Assembly (NCBI GenBank): GCA_963726455.1
Contig: CAVSCK010000003.1
Coordinates: forward strand, 672,001 to 736,000
Reading direction: 5' to 3'
Length of the DNA stretch: 64,000 bases
Origin: an uncultured bacterium
GTDB taxonomy: Bacteria > Zixibacteria > MSB-5A5 > CAIYYT01
Made by a program: the position numbers and the translations under genes. Positions within the stretch are counted from its first letter, which is position 1. Every line of letters starts with the position of its first letter. Positions 48,942 through 59,218 of the stretch are shown in pieces. The notes beneath the pieces are model-generated. The model had not been told where the DNA came from and did not search any database. It saw only the letters and a list, made by a program, of their open reading frames with translations.

Positions 48942-50336
48942 ATGAAATCCAGAATATTCAGCTCGATTTCACTGACTGTCTTGTTGCTCGTGTGTCTGGC
49001 CGGCTGCACGGAAGAAGACCCGACGGTCAATCAGCCGCCCGCGAGTTCGACGGTCAGGTTCAAGGATGTGCAATCGTTTCTGCAGAAACCGTCGCAGGTG
49101 CAGTTCACCTTTCGTATGGTTGACAGCCGCGGCCATGCGGTAGTTATCGATCAGGGCCCGTTAAGCGCACCGTTTCGAGTTTTCGAGGATGGCGCCGAGA
49201 TTGACTATACGGAAACGTCATATTTCGTTCATCCGTCGGTGAGTCTCGAACTTGACATGGTAGTGCTGCTCGATTTCACGAATAGCATGGCTACCTGGAG
49301 AGAGGGCGACAGCACGGGCATAGATCTGGAAGTTACCTGGGCGCGCGATATGATTAGCCAACTCGCTCCGACTCATAGAATGGCGATCATGGAATATCAC
49401 GATCGCAACGTCGATGCCGGGCTGATTGCGCCATTTTCCAGCAACAAGGAATATCTCAACGCATCGCTTGACCAATTCCTGAGTCAGAATATCGATCACG
49501 GTTCGTCCCGTGTGTGGGACGCCCTATACTCGGCCGTCAACATCTTTGACGGCGACCTCGCGCCGAACAAGGAACGCACCGTGTTCATGATAACTGACGG
49601 CAAGGAGACCTCGTCGTCGAGATCGCCGGCGGATGTAATTTCCATCGCCAAACAGTGGCAGGCGAGTGTCTTTATCATTGGCACCGGCAGCATAGCCAAT
49701 GAGCAATCACTGACCCAGATCACGGACCAAACGGGCGGAGAGTTTTACTCTGCCGGGGATATCGCCGCCTTCCGTCAGAAATTGCAGCAGATCACTCGCG
49801 ATCTGGGCGGACAATACAAGCTCAGCTACACGACACTCAAGAGCACCGGCCAGCATAACGTTCAAGTGAAGTTTGCCTACAATGGTCTCAGCGGTCAATT
49901 TGATGCCAGACTCGACCTCGGTAGCGTCTACGGCGATGACCGGGTAGGCGTCATCTCATTTGACTCGCCGACGCTGGCGACCGGCGGAGTCCTGCAAGTT
50001 GTCATGCGGGCGCAATTCGTCCCCCGCAATATCGACCGTTTTCGTTTCAAGCTCGATACGCCAAAAACTTATTCCGTGAGCTTGATTTCCGCAGACGCCG
50101 GCGGCCTCTGCGCGGACTGGACAATCTCTGGTCCCGACACACTTGGTTACGTTTTGTTGACATCGCAGACGCCGTTGCAGTTCGGCGATTTTGGACCATT
50201 GATTCAGATAGACATTTCGCCGATCATCGAAACTTCCGCGACCATACCTTTCGAATTGGATAACGCAATATATTCTGAGAATAAGTCGTTCACTTACCCG
50301 GCCAACATCACCTGGACTGCGGTCGGCAGCGAATAG
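48942..50336 (+). CDS. VWA-domain lipoprotein
   Basis: Lipobox LAG/C; MIDAS-like 'LLDFTNSM', 'ITDG' and 'TGG.FY' motifs. Confidence 0.8.
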   Translation: MKSRIFSSISLTVLLLVCLAGCTEEDPTVNQPPASSTVRFKDVQSFLQKPSQVQFTFRMVDSRGHAVVIDQGPLSAPFRVFEDGAEIDYTETSYFVHPSVSLELDMVVLLDFTNSMATWREGDSTGIDLEVTWARDMISQLAPTHRMAIMEYHDRNVDAGLIAPFSSNKEYLNASLDQFLSQNIDHGSSRVWDALYSAVNIFDGDLAPNKERTVFMITDGKETSSSRSPADVISIAKQWQASVFIIGTGSIANEQSLTQITDQTGGEFYSAGDIAAFRQKLQQITRDLGGQYKLSYTTLKSTGQHNVQVKFAYNGLSGQFDARLDLGSVYGDDRVGVISFDSPTLATGGVLQVVMRAQFVPRNIDRFRFKLDTPKTYSVSLISADAGGLCADWTISGPDTLGYVLLTSQTPLQFGDFGPLIQIDISPIIETSATIPFELDNAIYSENKSFTYPANITWTAVGSE

Positions 50337-50365
50337 CTTCGCAGATAACAAAGGAGAGGACTCTA

Positions 50366-51025
50366 ATGAAACGCTTTATCATTTTCACTCTGACATCAAC
50401 ATTAATTGTGACAATGATATTTGGTGCTTTGGTTTCGACGTATGCCGACTCTACTGCCGTCAAGGCGCCGGCCCCAGTGATCAAGAGCGTTGTGCCTAAG
50501 GCCAAAATCGCTGATTTCGAGGGCAAAGTGACACCGCTGCAACTATTCTGGATGCCGGTAACCGACTCGATAATGCAGGGCAAGTCGACCGCAGATATCA
50601 GTATCGTCCCGGACGGCGCCTCCGGAACCAAGCAGTCACTTAGGATCAGCGGTAGTGTGAAACTGGGCAGTAATCCTTACGTCATGTTTGCCGGCGCCGG
50701 AACTCGGTTCTTCGGCGGAAAGGCAATCTTTGACGTCACTTCTTTTACTGGCATCAAGTTCTGGGCCAAGGGCGACGGCAACACCTACCGAATCGACCTG
50801 CCTGCCGCGGCTGTAACCGACTTCATGTTCCATTCATTCTCCTTCACTCCCCCGACAGGTGAATGGAAAGAGTTCAAGATCCCGTTTGTCGGTTTCAAAC
50901 AGATGCCCTACGGCAAGAAGGTAACCTGGACAGGCACCGATCTGCAAGGGGTGGATTTCTTTACGGTCGGCGGCCCGATAGAGAAATTCACGTTGCAGGT
51001 GGATGAGCTGGAGTTCTACAAGTAG
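50366..51025 (+). CDS. Secreted CIA30/CBM11-like carbohydrate-binding domain protein
   Basis: Signal peptide; 'IADFE', 'D...FTGIKFWAKGDGNTY', 'EWKEFKIPF..F.Q' and 'L.VDELEFY' motifs. Confidence 0.75.
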   Translation: MKRFIIFTLTSTLIVTMIFGALVSTYADSTAVKAPAPVIKSVVPKAKIADFEGKVTPLQLFWMPVTDSIMQGKSTADISIVPDGASGTKQSLRISGSVKLGSNPYVMFAGAGTRFFGGKAIFDVTSFTGIKFWAKGDGNTYRIDLPAAAVTDFMFHSFSFTPPTGEWKEFKIPFVGFKQMPYGKKVTWTGTDLQGVDFFTVGGPIEKFTLQVDELEFYK

Positions 51026-51058
51026 TCTGGAACCGAGATTTTTGACAAGCTTCGATAT

Positions 51059-51736
51059 TTAGCGTTCACCTGATCGACGGTGAACGATCACGGCAGGGCC
51101 CGTGATTGTGATATCTACCTCATCGCGTGCAAAGAAATTGCGAAGAGTCCAACTGGAGCCGAGCCGGGTCACTTGATCCATCAGTTCCCACTTGGTGCCA
51201 CGTAAAGTTACGCGCACTTCCTTGCCGACAGGAATCACCGACAGCGTGTCTCCGCGGGTGCCGATGAGGGCCAGGCCACCGTCCTCGACAAAATAGACTT
51301 CCTGGCAATGATCAACAAGCCGCGCAGTCAAATGGCGACCGGTCTGCCGTTCGAGGTCGGCCACCAGAGCCAGCAGGAAAACATTGGCGAGCATCTGGTC
51401 GCTTTCAAAAGCAGTATCAAAGGCGCCGAAAATTTCGATTTGGTCGCAGCCCTGGTCCAGAACGTAGCGGACCGCCAGTTCTCCGTCCGTAGCATCCTTG
51501 TCAACCGGGTATTCGATCCGGAGCAGGTCAGGATATTTCGACAAAACTCGCGGATCGACTGAATCAAAATCACCCAACACCACATTGGGTTTCGCACCGA
51601 GGCGTTCAAATAGATTCAGAGCCCCATCCACCGCGACGACCAAACCGAGTCGTCCGGCATCTTCGATTTCGGCTCGATAGAACTCCAGGTGAGCCACCGG
51701 ATAGGCGCCGTTGAGAAAGATAGCCGCCTGTTTCAT
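51059..51736 (-). CDS. thiN: Thiamine diphosphokinase
   Basis: AVDGA, GDFDS, KDATDGELA and G.KW.L motifs. Confidence 0.88.
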   Translation of the reverse strand: MKQAAIFLNGAYPVAHLEFYRAEIEDAGRLGLVVAVDGALNLFERLGAKPNVVLGDFDSVDPRVLSKYPDLLRIEYPVDKDATDGELAVRYVLDQGCDQIEIFGAFDTAFESDQMLANVFLLALVADLERQTGRHLTARLVDHCQEVYFVEDGGLALIGTRGDTLSVIPVGKEVRVTLRGTKWELMDQVTRLGSSWTLRNFFARDEVDITITGPAVIVHRRSGER

Positions 51737-51817
51737 GTCATCTTCTCGATTTCAAAGTTGATGATCGGTTTCCTGCGCCTTATACTTCCCGCACGCAAAA
51801 TACGAGGAGATCTGTTG

Positions 51818-53590
51818 ATGCACAAATTAATATCGCTGGCAATTCTGCTTTGTTTCCTGGCGCCTGCCCTTACCGGCGCCAAACCGGCTGATGAATGGCT
51901 CACTTACTACGAGAAATCCAACTATCTCGAAACGCCTCGCTACGATGAGACGGCTGCATTCTGCAAGAGACTGGCCGATTTCTCGCCGATGGTCAAATTC
52001 ACTGACTTTGGCATCAGCCCCCAGGGGCGCAAGCTGCCGCTTTTGATCGTCGACAAGGACAAGGAATTCGATCCCAGGAAGGCGCATGATCGGGGTAAAG
52101 TCGTGCTGCTGGTTCAGGGTGGGATCCATGCCGGCGAGATCGAGGGCAAAGACGCCGGATTGACGTTGATTCGCGATATGATCGTGCGCGGCAAGTATGC
52201 GCAGGACTTGGATCACGTCGTCCTGTTGTTTATCCCGATCTTCAACGTCGACGGTCATGAGCGGTTCGGCCCTTACAATCGCATTAACCAGGACGGACCG
52301 GTCGAGATGGGATGGCGTACGACGGCACAGAATCTGAATCTCAATCGCGATTTCGTCAAAGCCGACGCTCCCGAAATGCGAAGCTGGCTCGGCTTATTCA
52401 ATCAGTGGCTCCCTGACTTCCTGATCGACATACACACTACTGACGGAGCCGACTTCCAGTATGTGATTACCTACACCTTGGAAACGAACAGCAACGTTGT
52501 CAAGCCGTTGGCCGAGTGGTGCGATGGCGTCTTTCTGCCCGAGCTGAATAAGAGAATGACAAAATCGGGTTTCCCGATGTCGCCTTATGTCGTGACGCGC
52601 AACGGCAATGATGTCACGAGCGGTCTGATGTCCTGGACGGCGACACCGCGTTTCTCCAACGGCTATGGCGCGGCGCAAAACCGCCCGTTTATGTTGATCG
52701 AGACGCACATGCTCAAGACCTATCGGCAGCGGGTCGAATCGAGCTACGAACTGGTGCGGAATGTCCTGGACTATCTCAATTCCAACGCGAATTCATTCAC
52801 GCGAATGATCGCAAAGGGCGACAGTCTGACGGCCGCCATGACTGGAAGTTACTATCCGCTCGGCTTCCGTCCAACGCGCGACAGCACGATGATCGACTTC
52901 CTCGGCGTGGACTTTCACTTTGAGCATTCGCCGATTTCCGACACTCAGACGATAGTCTGGGGCAAGAAGAAAGTAACGTACCATATTCCCTTCTTTGACA
53001 AGAATGCAATCTCCGATTCGGCGCTGACTCCCTACGCCTACATTATCCCGAAAGAATGGCAGGAGGAAATCAATCGGCTGACATTGCAGGGAATCAAGAT
53101 TGACTATCTCGCCCGCGACACTGAGTTGCTCGTCGACAGTTACAAATTCGATAGTCCCAGATGGAGCACCGAGCCGTTCGAGGGACGACATTCGTTGCGC
53201 GTCAAAACAACGCCTCTTGCCGAAAAGCGAATCTATCCGGCGGGAACGGCGGTCGTATTTCTCAACCAGCGGACAAATCGCCTTATCATCCACATGTTGG
53301 AACCGCGCGGCTCCGATTCATTTGTATCGTGGGGTTTCTTTGATGCGATATTGGAGCAGAAAGAGTACTCCGAAAATTACATTACGGAGAAAATGGCTCC
53401 CGCGATGCTGGCCAAAGATCCGGCGCTGAAAGCCGAGTTCGAAAGCAAGCTGGCGTCCGATACAACGTTTGCCAGGAGCCCCGATGCAAGATTGCAATTC
53501 TTTTATGAACGCTCGCCATACTGGGACAGACAGTTGAACGTCTATCCGGTTGGGAAATTGATGAACGCGGTGGGACTGCCGGTCAAGTAG
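51818..53590 (+). CDS. Secreted M14-family zinc carboxypeptidase
   Basis: Signal peptide; GIHAGEIEGKD (HxxE), NVDGHE, NLNRDF and DIHTTDG motifs; GAGGAG RBS; upstream TTGATG-17-TATACT. Confidence 0.9.
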   Translation: MHKLISLAILLCFLAPALTGAKPADEWLTYYEKSNYLETPRYDETAAFCKRLADFSPMVKFTDFGISPQGRKLPLLIVDKDKEFDPRKAHDRGKVVLLVQGGIHAGEIEGKDAGLTLIRDMIVRGKYAQDLDHVVLLFIPIFNVDGHERFGPYNRINQDGPVEMGWRTTAQNLNLNRDFVKADAPEMRSWLGLFNQWLPDFLIDIHTTDGADFQYVITYTLETNSNVVKPLAEWCDGVFLPELNKRMTKSGFPMSPYVVTRNGNDVTSGLMSWTATPRFSNGYGAAQNRPFMLIETHMLKTYRQRVESSYELVRNVLDYLNSNANSFTRMIAKGDSLTAAMTGSYYPLGFRPTRDSTMIDFLGVDFHFEHSPISDTQTIVWGKKKVTYHIPFFDKNAISDSALTPYAYIIPKEWQEEINRLTLQGIKIDYLARDTELLVDSYKFDSPRWSTEPFEGRHSLRVKTTPLAEKRIYPAGTAVVFLNQRTNRLIIHMLEPRGSDSFVSWGFFDAILEQKEYSENYITEKMAPAMLAKDPALKAEFESKLASDTTFARSPDARLQFFYERSPYWDRQLNVYPVGKLMNAVGLPVK

Positions 53591-53613
53591 CAGTCATCGC
53601 AATTGACAAAATG

Positions 53614-53642
53614 AAATGGCCGCCCCTGATGGAGCGGCCATT
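53614..53642 (+). terminator. Terminator-like hairpin after the M14 peptidase gene
   Basis: AATGGCCGC...GCGGCCATT stem followed by TGATTT. Confidence 0.6.
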
Positions 53643-53687
53643 GATTTATCGTGCTGGTGGATTAGCTGATTACCTCAGCGGCATAAC

Positions 53688-53771
53688 CTACTGACAAATG
53701 TACTGCCAGAACACCGCCTCACAAGGTGCCGCTCCTCCTGAGAAGATGTAGCTGATCAGAAAGACCACATT
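53688..53771 (-). pseudogene. Orphan 3' fragment of a dockerin-like tail
   Basis: Translates to NVVFLISYIFSGGAAPCEAVFWQYICQ*, paralogous to the tail of the upstream gene (AVYLIQYIFSGGAAPC). Confidence 0.7.
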
Positions 53772-53802
53772 CGGCTATTCGGTGTTAGCAACCCCAAATA
53801 GC

Positions 53803-53828
53803 CAGACCGCCCCTTGCGGGGCGGTCTG
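53803..53828 (-). terminator. Hairpin after the large peptidase gene
   Basis: 11-bp stem CAGACCGCCCC/GGGGCGGTCTG with a GCAA tetraloop on the minus strand. Confidence 0.7.
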
Positions 53829-53856
53829 TGAGGGGAAGTAAGCCGTCCTTTGAGGT

Positions 53857-56800
53857 CTACTCCTTATGCGGTGGGCCGTACTGGTAGAACCAGTCTGCAC
53901 AACTGCAGGGGGCCGCACCACCGGAGAAAATATACTGGATCAGATACACGGCGTCCGAAATGTCCACGGAGCCATCGCAATTCGCATCTCCCGAGCAAAC
54001 CGCGTATGGTGTGGGAGCCGGACCGCCGGCAAAAATGTACTGGATCAAATAGACGGCATCGGAAATATCCAGCGCGCCGTCGCCATTGGCATCACCCGGA
54101 TAGCAATCACAGAAGGTGCAGCAGTGACCTATGTGCAGTGCAAAGATCGTGGCATCATTGAGATCGACGATGCCGTTGCAGTCATAATCGTTGCACGGAC
54201 CGCCGACAAAGTCGGGCTGCTTCACGCACAAGTCACCGTTGATGTCAAAGAAGCTCACCGGTACCGTACGTAAGAACTGACCGTTGACTATCAGTCCGGC
54301 CACGCATGGCCCGCACATCAACCCTCCGGCATCAACACTGAAGTAGTGGACACCGTTCCTGCAGGAATCCGGGAATACGCGCGGCCACGCCGGTTCCTCA
54401 TTCGGGCACGGTCTCGCCGGGCACTGGCTGAAATCAAGCCAGGTTCCGGTCAGGTCGCACACCAGGTTCCCGCAACTGTCTTTCTCCGTGACCGTGAATA
54501 TCGCATCCGATCTCGGGCATACCAGAATGCATGGGTCATTCGTGGTACTGTCACCGTACGCAGGACCCGGAGGACACGGTTTGGTTGGGCATACTACTGT
54601 CGCCCACTCGATCATCGTGTAGACAGGTAATCCCGGCTGAGGCGTCCCAATCAGAGGCGGTTCAATCGGCTGGTTCATCCGTTCGAATTGAATGATGTCC
54701 GCAAAGTTGTCCGGATAGTCGGTAATTTCCAGACCCAGCGGAATCGGCTGATTCGGGCACTGGAACAGGCGCGGCGCAACATTGTAGACGTCATGATTCA
54801 TTGTTCCGTGCGGACCCGACACAAACTGGGCGTCGTTGTGCACGATGGACGGATGCGCAGATCCAGCCGGCGGCTCACCCTCGGCATGATCGAAGTACGG
54901 ATCAGAGATGCAAATTCTGGTCGAGGTTGTGCAGACACCGGCAACCGTGACATAGTGTCCGCCGATGCGCGTGCAATACGGCGGATTGCCCGGAATTTCC
55001 TGCCAGAAACCCAGCAACAGAATCACATCCTGGCTGTGCAACACGCTATCACGTATTTGCTCGAACGTCGGCGCCGGGTGCTGCGAAATGATATACCGGG
55101 ACTGAAGGCCGGCGTTGGTGATCCACTGTTGCATGCCGAGCGCGAGCTGATGAATGTTGGTTCCGAAACCGCCCGGCAGGCAGTTCATCATCGGCGAGAG
55201 CATATTCACGTAATTGGGAACATTGCTCTGATCGTGATCATCCACCACCAGCGACGGACTTTGCAGCAGCGGATAATTGTCAATGACCGATGGCGGCGGA
55301 ATGGTGTTCGGCTCGAACTTGGAATCAAACCACCACAGGCAGTTGAGCGCGGCGAGCGGGCCGCAGAAACTCCAGCCGCCATTCCAACCTATCCAGCCGT
55401 TCTGCTTCTGGTCAAAATCAGGCATGCCGACTGGCGCATAATCAGGATATGGGAGCTTGTAGTATTCACAGGTCGATGGTGCCGGTTTCGGACACAGAAC
55501 CTCGGCGTTCTCTACGATAGCCCACATCGGCCCGGGCGGAGGTGGAAACGGACAGGTGGCCCCGCCGTTTTGATTATAGAAATCCGTGATGAATTGAGCG
55601 ACCGGATAGCCCGGCATGAACAAACATCCCTGATGCGGCTCGCACATCATCGGACCCATCGGTATCATATCCCAGATGTCATGGGATACAATTGCCGCAT
55701 CGTTGTGGGGAATGGCGGAAGGTGTGGCGTCGTAGTACGGATCAGAAAATGCAATTTTGCGATTGAGTGAGTCAATGCCCGCCACTGTGACATAGTGCCC
55801 ACCGATACGGCAGCAGTTGTTCGGATTGCCGTCGACCGAGACATAGAATCCGATCAGCAGTATCACATCCTGACTCCTCCGCACTTCATGTGCCAACAGA
55901 TCCCAGGTCAAACCCTGGCAATCATACTGCGTCAAGATGTAGTCGTTCTGCAATTGTCTCGATGCCAGCCACGCCAGAATACCGTTGTGCATATCGACGA
56001 TGTTGGTTCCCGGCGCGGTGATATTCGTGTTGAAGGCAGTTCCGAGCGCATTGATAAACGGAACGGGGTTCAGAGGATCATGGTCATCCCATAGCGGAGG
56101 CATTGTGGCGTAGGTTTGAACCAGCGGATATCCGTCATTGTAGGTTGGTGGTGGCACGGGATTAGGTTCAAACTTGGAATCGAACCACCAGAAGCAGTTG
56201 GCGACCGCCGTCGGGCCGCAATAGCCGTGGTCGATCAGTCCGTCAGGGGGAATACTGAAATCCTGTTTCTGATCGAAATCCGGCATACCATTTGGGCAAT
56301 AGTCAACATATCCCGGTTTGTAATAGAAACTCTGCGGACACGCCTGCGATACCGTTTCACCGGCAACCGATAAAATAGGGTTACCCGGTACCGGCGGATT
56401 CCAGAGGTCGTACCATTCGACCCATTGACCGGTCATATAGAACCAGTTCACGCAGGTATCGGCCGTGGCGTTGTCAAACAGTATCGACGGAAATGGTCCG
56501 GCACCGGCATCGGTATATTCGAGACCAACATAGAAAGGTCCGTTAACGCAGCAGGGCGCAGGAAAAGTCGCCGTTCCCACTGCCGGATAGCCAAATTCTG
56601 CTTGACCGCAGGTTACGGTAAAGCGAGAGAGTTCCGTTCCCGGCCCTCCGCATACGTTTCCAGCCGTGGACATTCCGTAAACTACGACGTCCATCGTAAC
56701 CGGCCAGACCGCGCCTGTGAATCCGTAGAGCGTGAAGCTCAGACTGTTCAACTGCAGCGGATATTGTGGAGCCGCGCAGAGCACGCTCGGGTCAAGATAA

Positions 56801-57024
56801 GTGACATTCCGCATCCCGGCTCCATAGGCGCTGTAATAGCCGGCCGGAGTGCCATTGGTGCGGGTCAAACTGCATGCCGCTCTTGGAGCGGGAAAATTCA
56901 GCGTTTGAACATCCTGAGGGGAAAGGTACTCGGCTTGTTGTTTTGTAGTAGTTGCGAATGCCAGCACTGCACACAGCATGAGCACTGACACCCCTACCCA
57001 AACCCTTAGCAACTTCGTCCGCAT
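53857..57024 (-). CDS. Secreted protein with two tandem papain-like (C39/C10-like) peptidase domains and paired dockerin-like C-terminal repeats
   Basis: Signal peptide and AAGGAGGT RBS; 'PDFDQKQ...CGP.A..NC.WWFDSKFE...GGHYVTVAG...SDPY' occurs twice; '[21 protein letters not shown]' occurs twice. Confidence 0.8.
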   Translation of the reverse strand: MRTKLLRVWVGVSVLMLCAVLAFATTTKQQAEYLSPQDVQTLNFPAPRAACSLTRTNGTPAGYYSAYGAGMRNVTYLDPSVLCAAPQYPLQLNSLSFTLYGFTGAVWPVTMDVVVYGMSTAGNVCGGPGTELSRFTVTCGQAEFGYPAVGTATFPAPCCVNGPFYVGLEYTDAGAGPFPSILFDNATADTCVNWFYMTGQWVEWYDLWNPPVPGNPILSVAGETVSQACPQSFYYKPGYVDYCPNGMPDFDQKQDFSIPPDGLIDHGYCGPTAVANCFWWFDSKFEPNPVPPPTYNDGYPLVQTYATMPPLWDDHDPLNPVPFINALGTAFNTNITAPGTNIVDMHNGILAWLASRQLQNDYILTQYDCQGLTWDLLAHEVRRSQDVILLIGFYVSVDGNPNNCCRIGGHYVTVAGIDSLNRKIAFSDPYYDATPSAIPHNDAAIVSHDIWDMIPMGPMMCEPHQGCLFMPGYPVAQFITDFYNQNGGATCPFPPPPGPMWAIVENAEVLCPKPAPSTCEYYKLPYPDYAPVGMPDFDQKQNGWIGWNGGWSFCGPLAALNCLWWFDSKFEPNTIPPPSVIDNYPLLQSPSLVVDDHDQSNVPNYVNMLSPMMNCLPGGFGTNIHQLALGMQQWITNAGLQSRYIISQHPAPTFEQIRDSVLHSQDVILLLGFWQEIPGNPPYCTRIGGHYVTVAGVCTTSTRICISDPYFDHAEGEPPAGSAHPSIVHNDAQFVSGPHGTMNHDVYNVAPRLFQCPNQPIPLGLEITDYPDNFADIIQFERMNQPIEPPLIGTPQPGLPVYTMIEWATVVCPTKPCPPGPAYGDSTTNDPCILVCPRSDAIFTVTEKDSCGNLVCDLTGTWLDFSQCPARPCPNEEPAWPRVFPDSCRNGVHYFSVDAGGLMCGPCVAGLIVNGQFLRTVPVSFFDINGDLCVKQPDFVGGPCNDYDCNGIVDLNDATIFALHIGHCCTFCDCYPGDANGDGALDISDAVYLIQYIFAGGPAPTPYAVCSGDANCDGSVDISDAVYLIQYIFSGGAAPCSCADWFYQYGPPHKE
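54587..56328 (-). repeat. Intragenic tandem duplication of the peptidase domain (period about 861 nt)
   Basis: MPDFDQKQ codons begin at 56286 and 55425. Confidence 0.8.
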
Positions 57025-57373
57025 AAGCCTACCTCCTTGCAGACACAAAGTATGAGTTTTTGAACTGGCGAAATGACCTCGCCAGTAGACTTATTTGATT
57101 TTTCTGACCGCTATAGGAATGCTCGGGGGTTCCTGCCCGAATCCATCTACAATGTCGCGTTCCACGTCCGATTTGTCAAGTGGAAAAGTGTACCTCCGGC
57201 ACCACATCTTGAGCACATGAGTTTGAGTTGTGGACGCCAAAGTCTCCGATTGCACGACGAATACTTGACGGCTCGGACTCGTCGCGGTCGTTCGATATGA
57301 TGTCGAATATCCCCGGCGATAGCTGAGGCATTCACAGATAACTTATTGCTACACAGTATATTTCAAATAATAC

Positions 57374-57402
57374 TTGCATTTTCCGATCGGATTTATTATA
57401 GT
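57374..57402 (+). promoter_or_regulatory. Promoter TTGCAT-17-TATAGT with a TCCGATCGGA palindrome in the spacer
   Basis: Read directly upstream of the rrf2-cysK genes. Confidence 0.6.
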
Positions 57403-57448
57403 TGAGTCAAAGATTCTGCGTGAATCTCCGTATTTACACCGGTAGTAT

Positions 57449-57883
57449 ATGATATCAAATAAGTCATACTATGGAATCAGCGCCTTGGTTTACCTCGCGC
57501 TCAACGCTCGCGGCGGACACGTCGGTGTCAAAGACATCGCGACAAATCAGAATATCCCGTTAAGGTTTTTGGAATTGATCTTTTCGCGCCTGAAGGCATC
57601 CGAGATTGTTACCTCGGTTCGCGGCGCCGGTGGCGGTTACTATCTTGCCAAGCCCCCCGAGCAAATCACGCTGGCGGATGTGATATTCGCCTGTGAGGGC
57701 GCCTCGGAATTCGCGGTGCCGGCTGCGCTGGCGGAGCGGATGAACAACGGCGATCCCATCGGTCAGACATTGGTCAAGATCATTAACATGCAACTGGAGA
57801 ATCTTCAGCTCGGACTGCGTTCCGTGACCTTATCGGATGTTATTCAATCAGCAGGTTTGTCATCAGAAATGTACTGGATTTGA
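57449..57883 (+). CDS. Rrf2-family regulator (CymR-like)
   Basis: 'IA..QNIP.RFLE.I...LK', 'SVRGAGGGYYLAKPPEQITL' and terminal 'MYWI'; lacks the three-Cys Fe-S motif; adjacent to cysK. Confidence 0.88.
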   Translation: MISNKSYYGISALVYLALNARGGHVGVKDIATNQNIPLRFLELIFSRLKASEIVTSVRGAGGGYYLAKPPEQITLADVIFACEGASEFAVPAALAERMNNGDPIGQTLVKIINMQLENLQLGLRSVTLSDVIQSAGLSSEMYWI

Positions 57884-57907
57884 GGGGCTGAACAGAGGAG
57901 TGCTACC

Positions 57908-58843
57908 ATGAGAATCGCGAACAGCATTACCGATCTGATCGGTAAGACACCACTGGTCTACTTAGACCGCGCGACCGGCACGCTGCCGGGACGAGTTGCC
58001 GCCAAGCTGGAATCGTTCAACCCATGTTCATCGGTGAAAGACCGCATCGGGTTGGCGATGATCGAGGCCGCCGAGCATGAGGGCAAGATTCATAAGAATA
58101 CCATCATTGTCGAGCCGACATCGGGCAATACCGGTATTGCGCTGGCCTTTGTGTGTGCGATCAAGGGATACCGCTTGGTGCTGTTTATGCCCGAAACCAT
58201 GTCGGTTGAACGGCGCAATCTGCTAAAGGCATTTGGCGCTGAGCTCGTGTTGACTCCGGGACCCGAGGGAATGCCAGGAGCCGTCAAGCGCGCTGAAGAG
58301 CTGGTCGCGAGCGATTCGAAGTATTTCATGCCTCAGCAATTCAATAATCCCGCAAATCCCGCTATACATGCGAAAACTACTGCGGAAGAGATCTGGAACG
58401 ATACCGAAGGCAAGGTCGACGTCATTGTGTCCGGCATCGGTACCGGCGGAACCTTCACCGGTTGCGCTCAGGTATTAAAGCCGCGCAAACCGGGCCTCAA
58501 GATGATCGCCGTCGAACCGGCTGCTTCGCCGTTTCTCTCGAAGGGTACACGCGGCCCGCATCCGATTCAGGGAATCGGCGCCGGATTTAAACCCGACATT
58601 TTTGCGCAGGAATTGGCGGACGAAATCCTCACGGTCGAAAATGAGGAAGCCATCCAGATGACGCGTAAAGTCGTGCGCAGTGAGGGCATGCTAATCGGCA
58701 TTTCTTCCGGAGCAAATGTGGCGGCCGCAATGAAGGTGGCTTCGCGCCCGGAAAGCAAGGGCAAGCTGATCGTGACCTTCGTCTGCGATACTGGCGAACG
58801 CTATTTGTCGACGCCGACGTACACCGAACTGTCCTCCAACTGA
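57908..58843 (+). CDS. cysK: Cysteine synthase A
   Basis: [16 protein letters not shown] (PLP Lys), [25 protein letters not shown] and DTGERYLST motifs. Confidence 0.97.
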   Translation: MRIANSITDLIGKTPLVYLDRATGTLPGRVAAKLESFNPCSSVKDRIGLAMIEAAEHEGKIHKNTIIVEPTSGNTGIALAFVCAIKGYRLVLFMPETMSVERRNLLKAFGAELVLTPGPEGMPGAVKRAEELVASDSKYFMPQQFNNPANPAIHAKTTAEEIWNDTEGKVDVIVSGIGTGGTFTGCAQVLKPRKPGLKMIAVEPAASPFLSKGTRGPHPIQGIGAGFKPDIFAQELADEILTVENEEAIQMTRKVVRSEGMLIGISSGANVAAAMKVASRPESKGKLIVTFVCDTGERYLSTPTYTELSSN

Positions 58844-59063
58844 AACACTTGTTTCACAATTTGTTTCAGACTTTGAACCACGGCTATTCCTGACGGTGCA
58901 CGAACTGTCCCGCACTGCCATAGACCCTGTTGGCCTGCATGTGCTTGTATTTTTTTTCGCAAGACGGCACAGCCATTGCGTAAGAAATAGGCAAGACCAA
59001 AAAGGGTGGCGCAAAAACGGGCAACTGCATCGGGGCTAGCAAAGAGGGGAAGATCAAGTCCGT

Positions 59064-59105
59064 CCGTGTCAGAACTAGTTGGGGAGTTCTGACACGGTTT
59101 TTTTT
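59064..59105 (+). terminator. Strong intrinsic terminator downstream of cysK
   Basis: 13-bp stem CCGTGTCAGAACT/AGTTCTGACACGG followed by T8. Confidence 0.8.
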
Positions 59106-59218
59106 GCCTGCAACATTCTGACAAGAAGGCGCCGGCCTGTTGTCAGCAATCTGCTGCGATCCCGCCAGAATTCATGATTCTCGCAGGCTGATCTTCGTCA
59201 ATAGTTGGCCCATAAATC

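Noticed and set aside
53655-53665. TGGTGGATTAG also matches the arm of the 30662 palindrome
   Set aside because: A single 11-nt match without the second arm is compatible with chance.
54688-55770. 360-aa plus-strand ORF
   Set aside because: Antisense shadow of the double-peptidase gene with no recognisable motifs.
58985-59105. c-di-GMP-I (GEMM) riboswitch (GGCAAGACC...GGCGCAAA upstream of a terminator)
   Set aside because: Only a partial motif match with a short stem and no GNRA loop, and there is no downstream gene on that strand to regulate.
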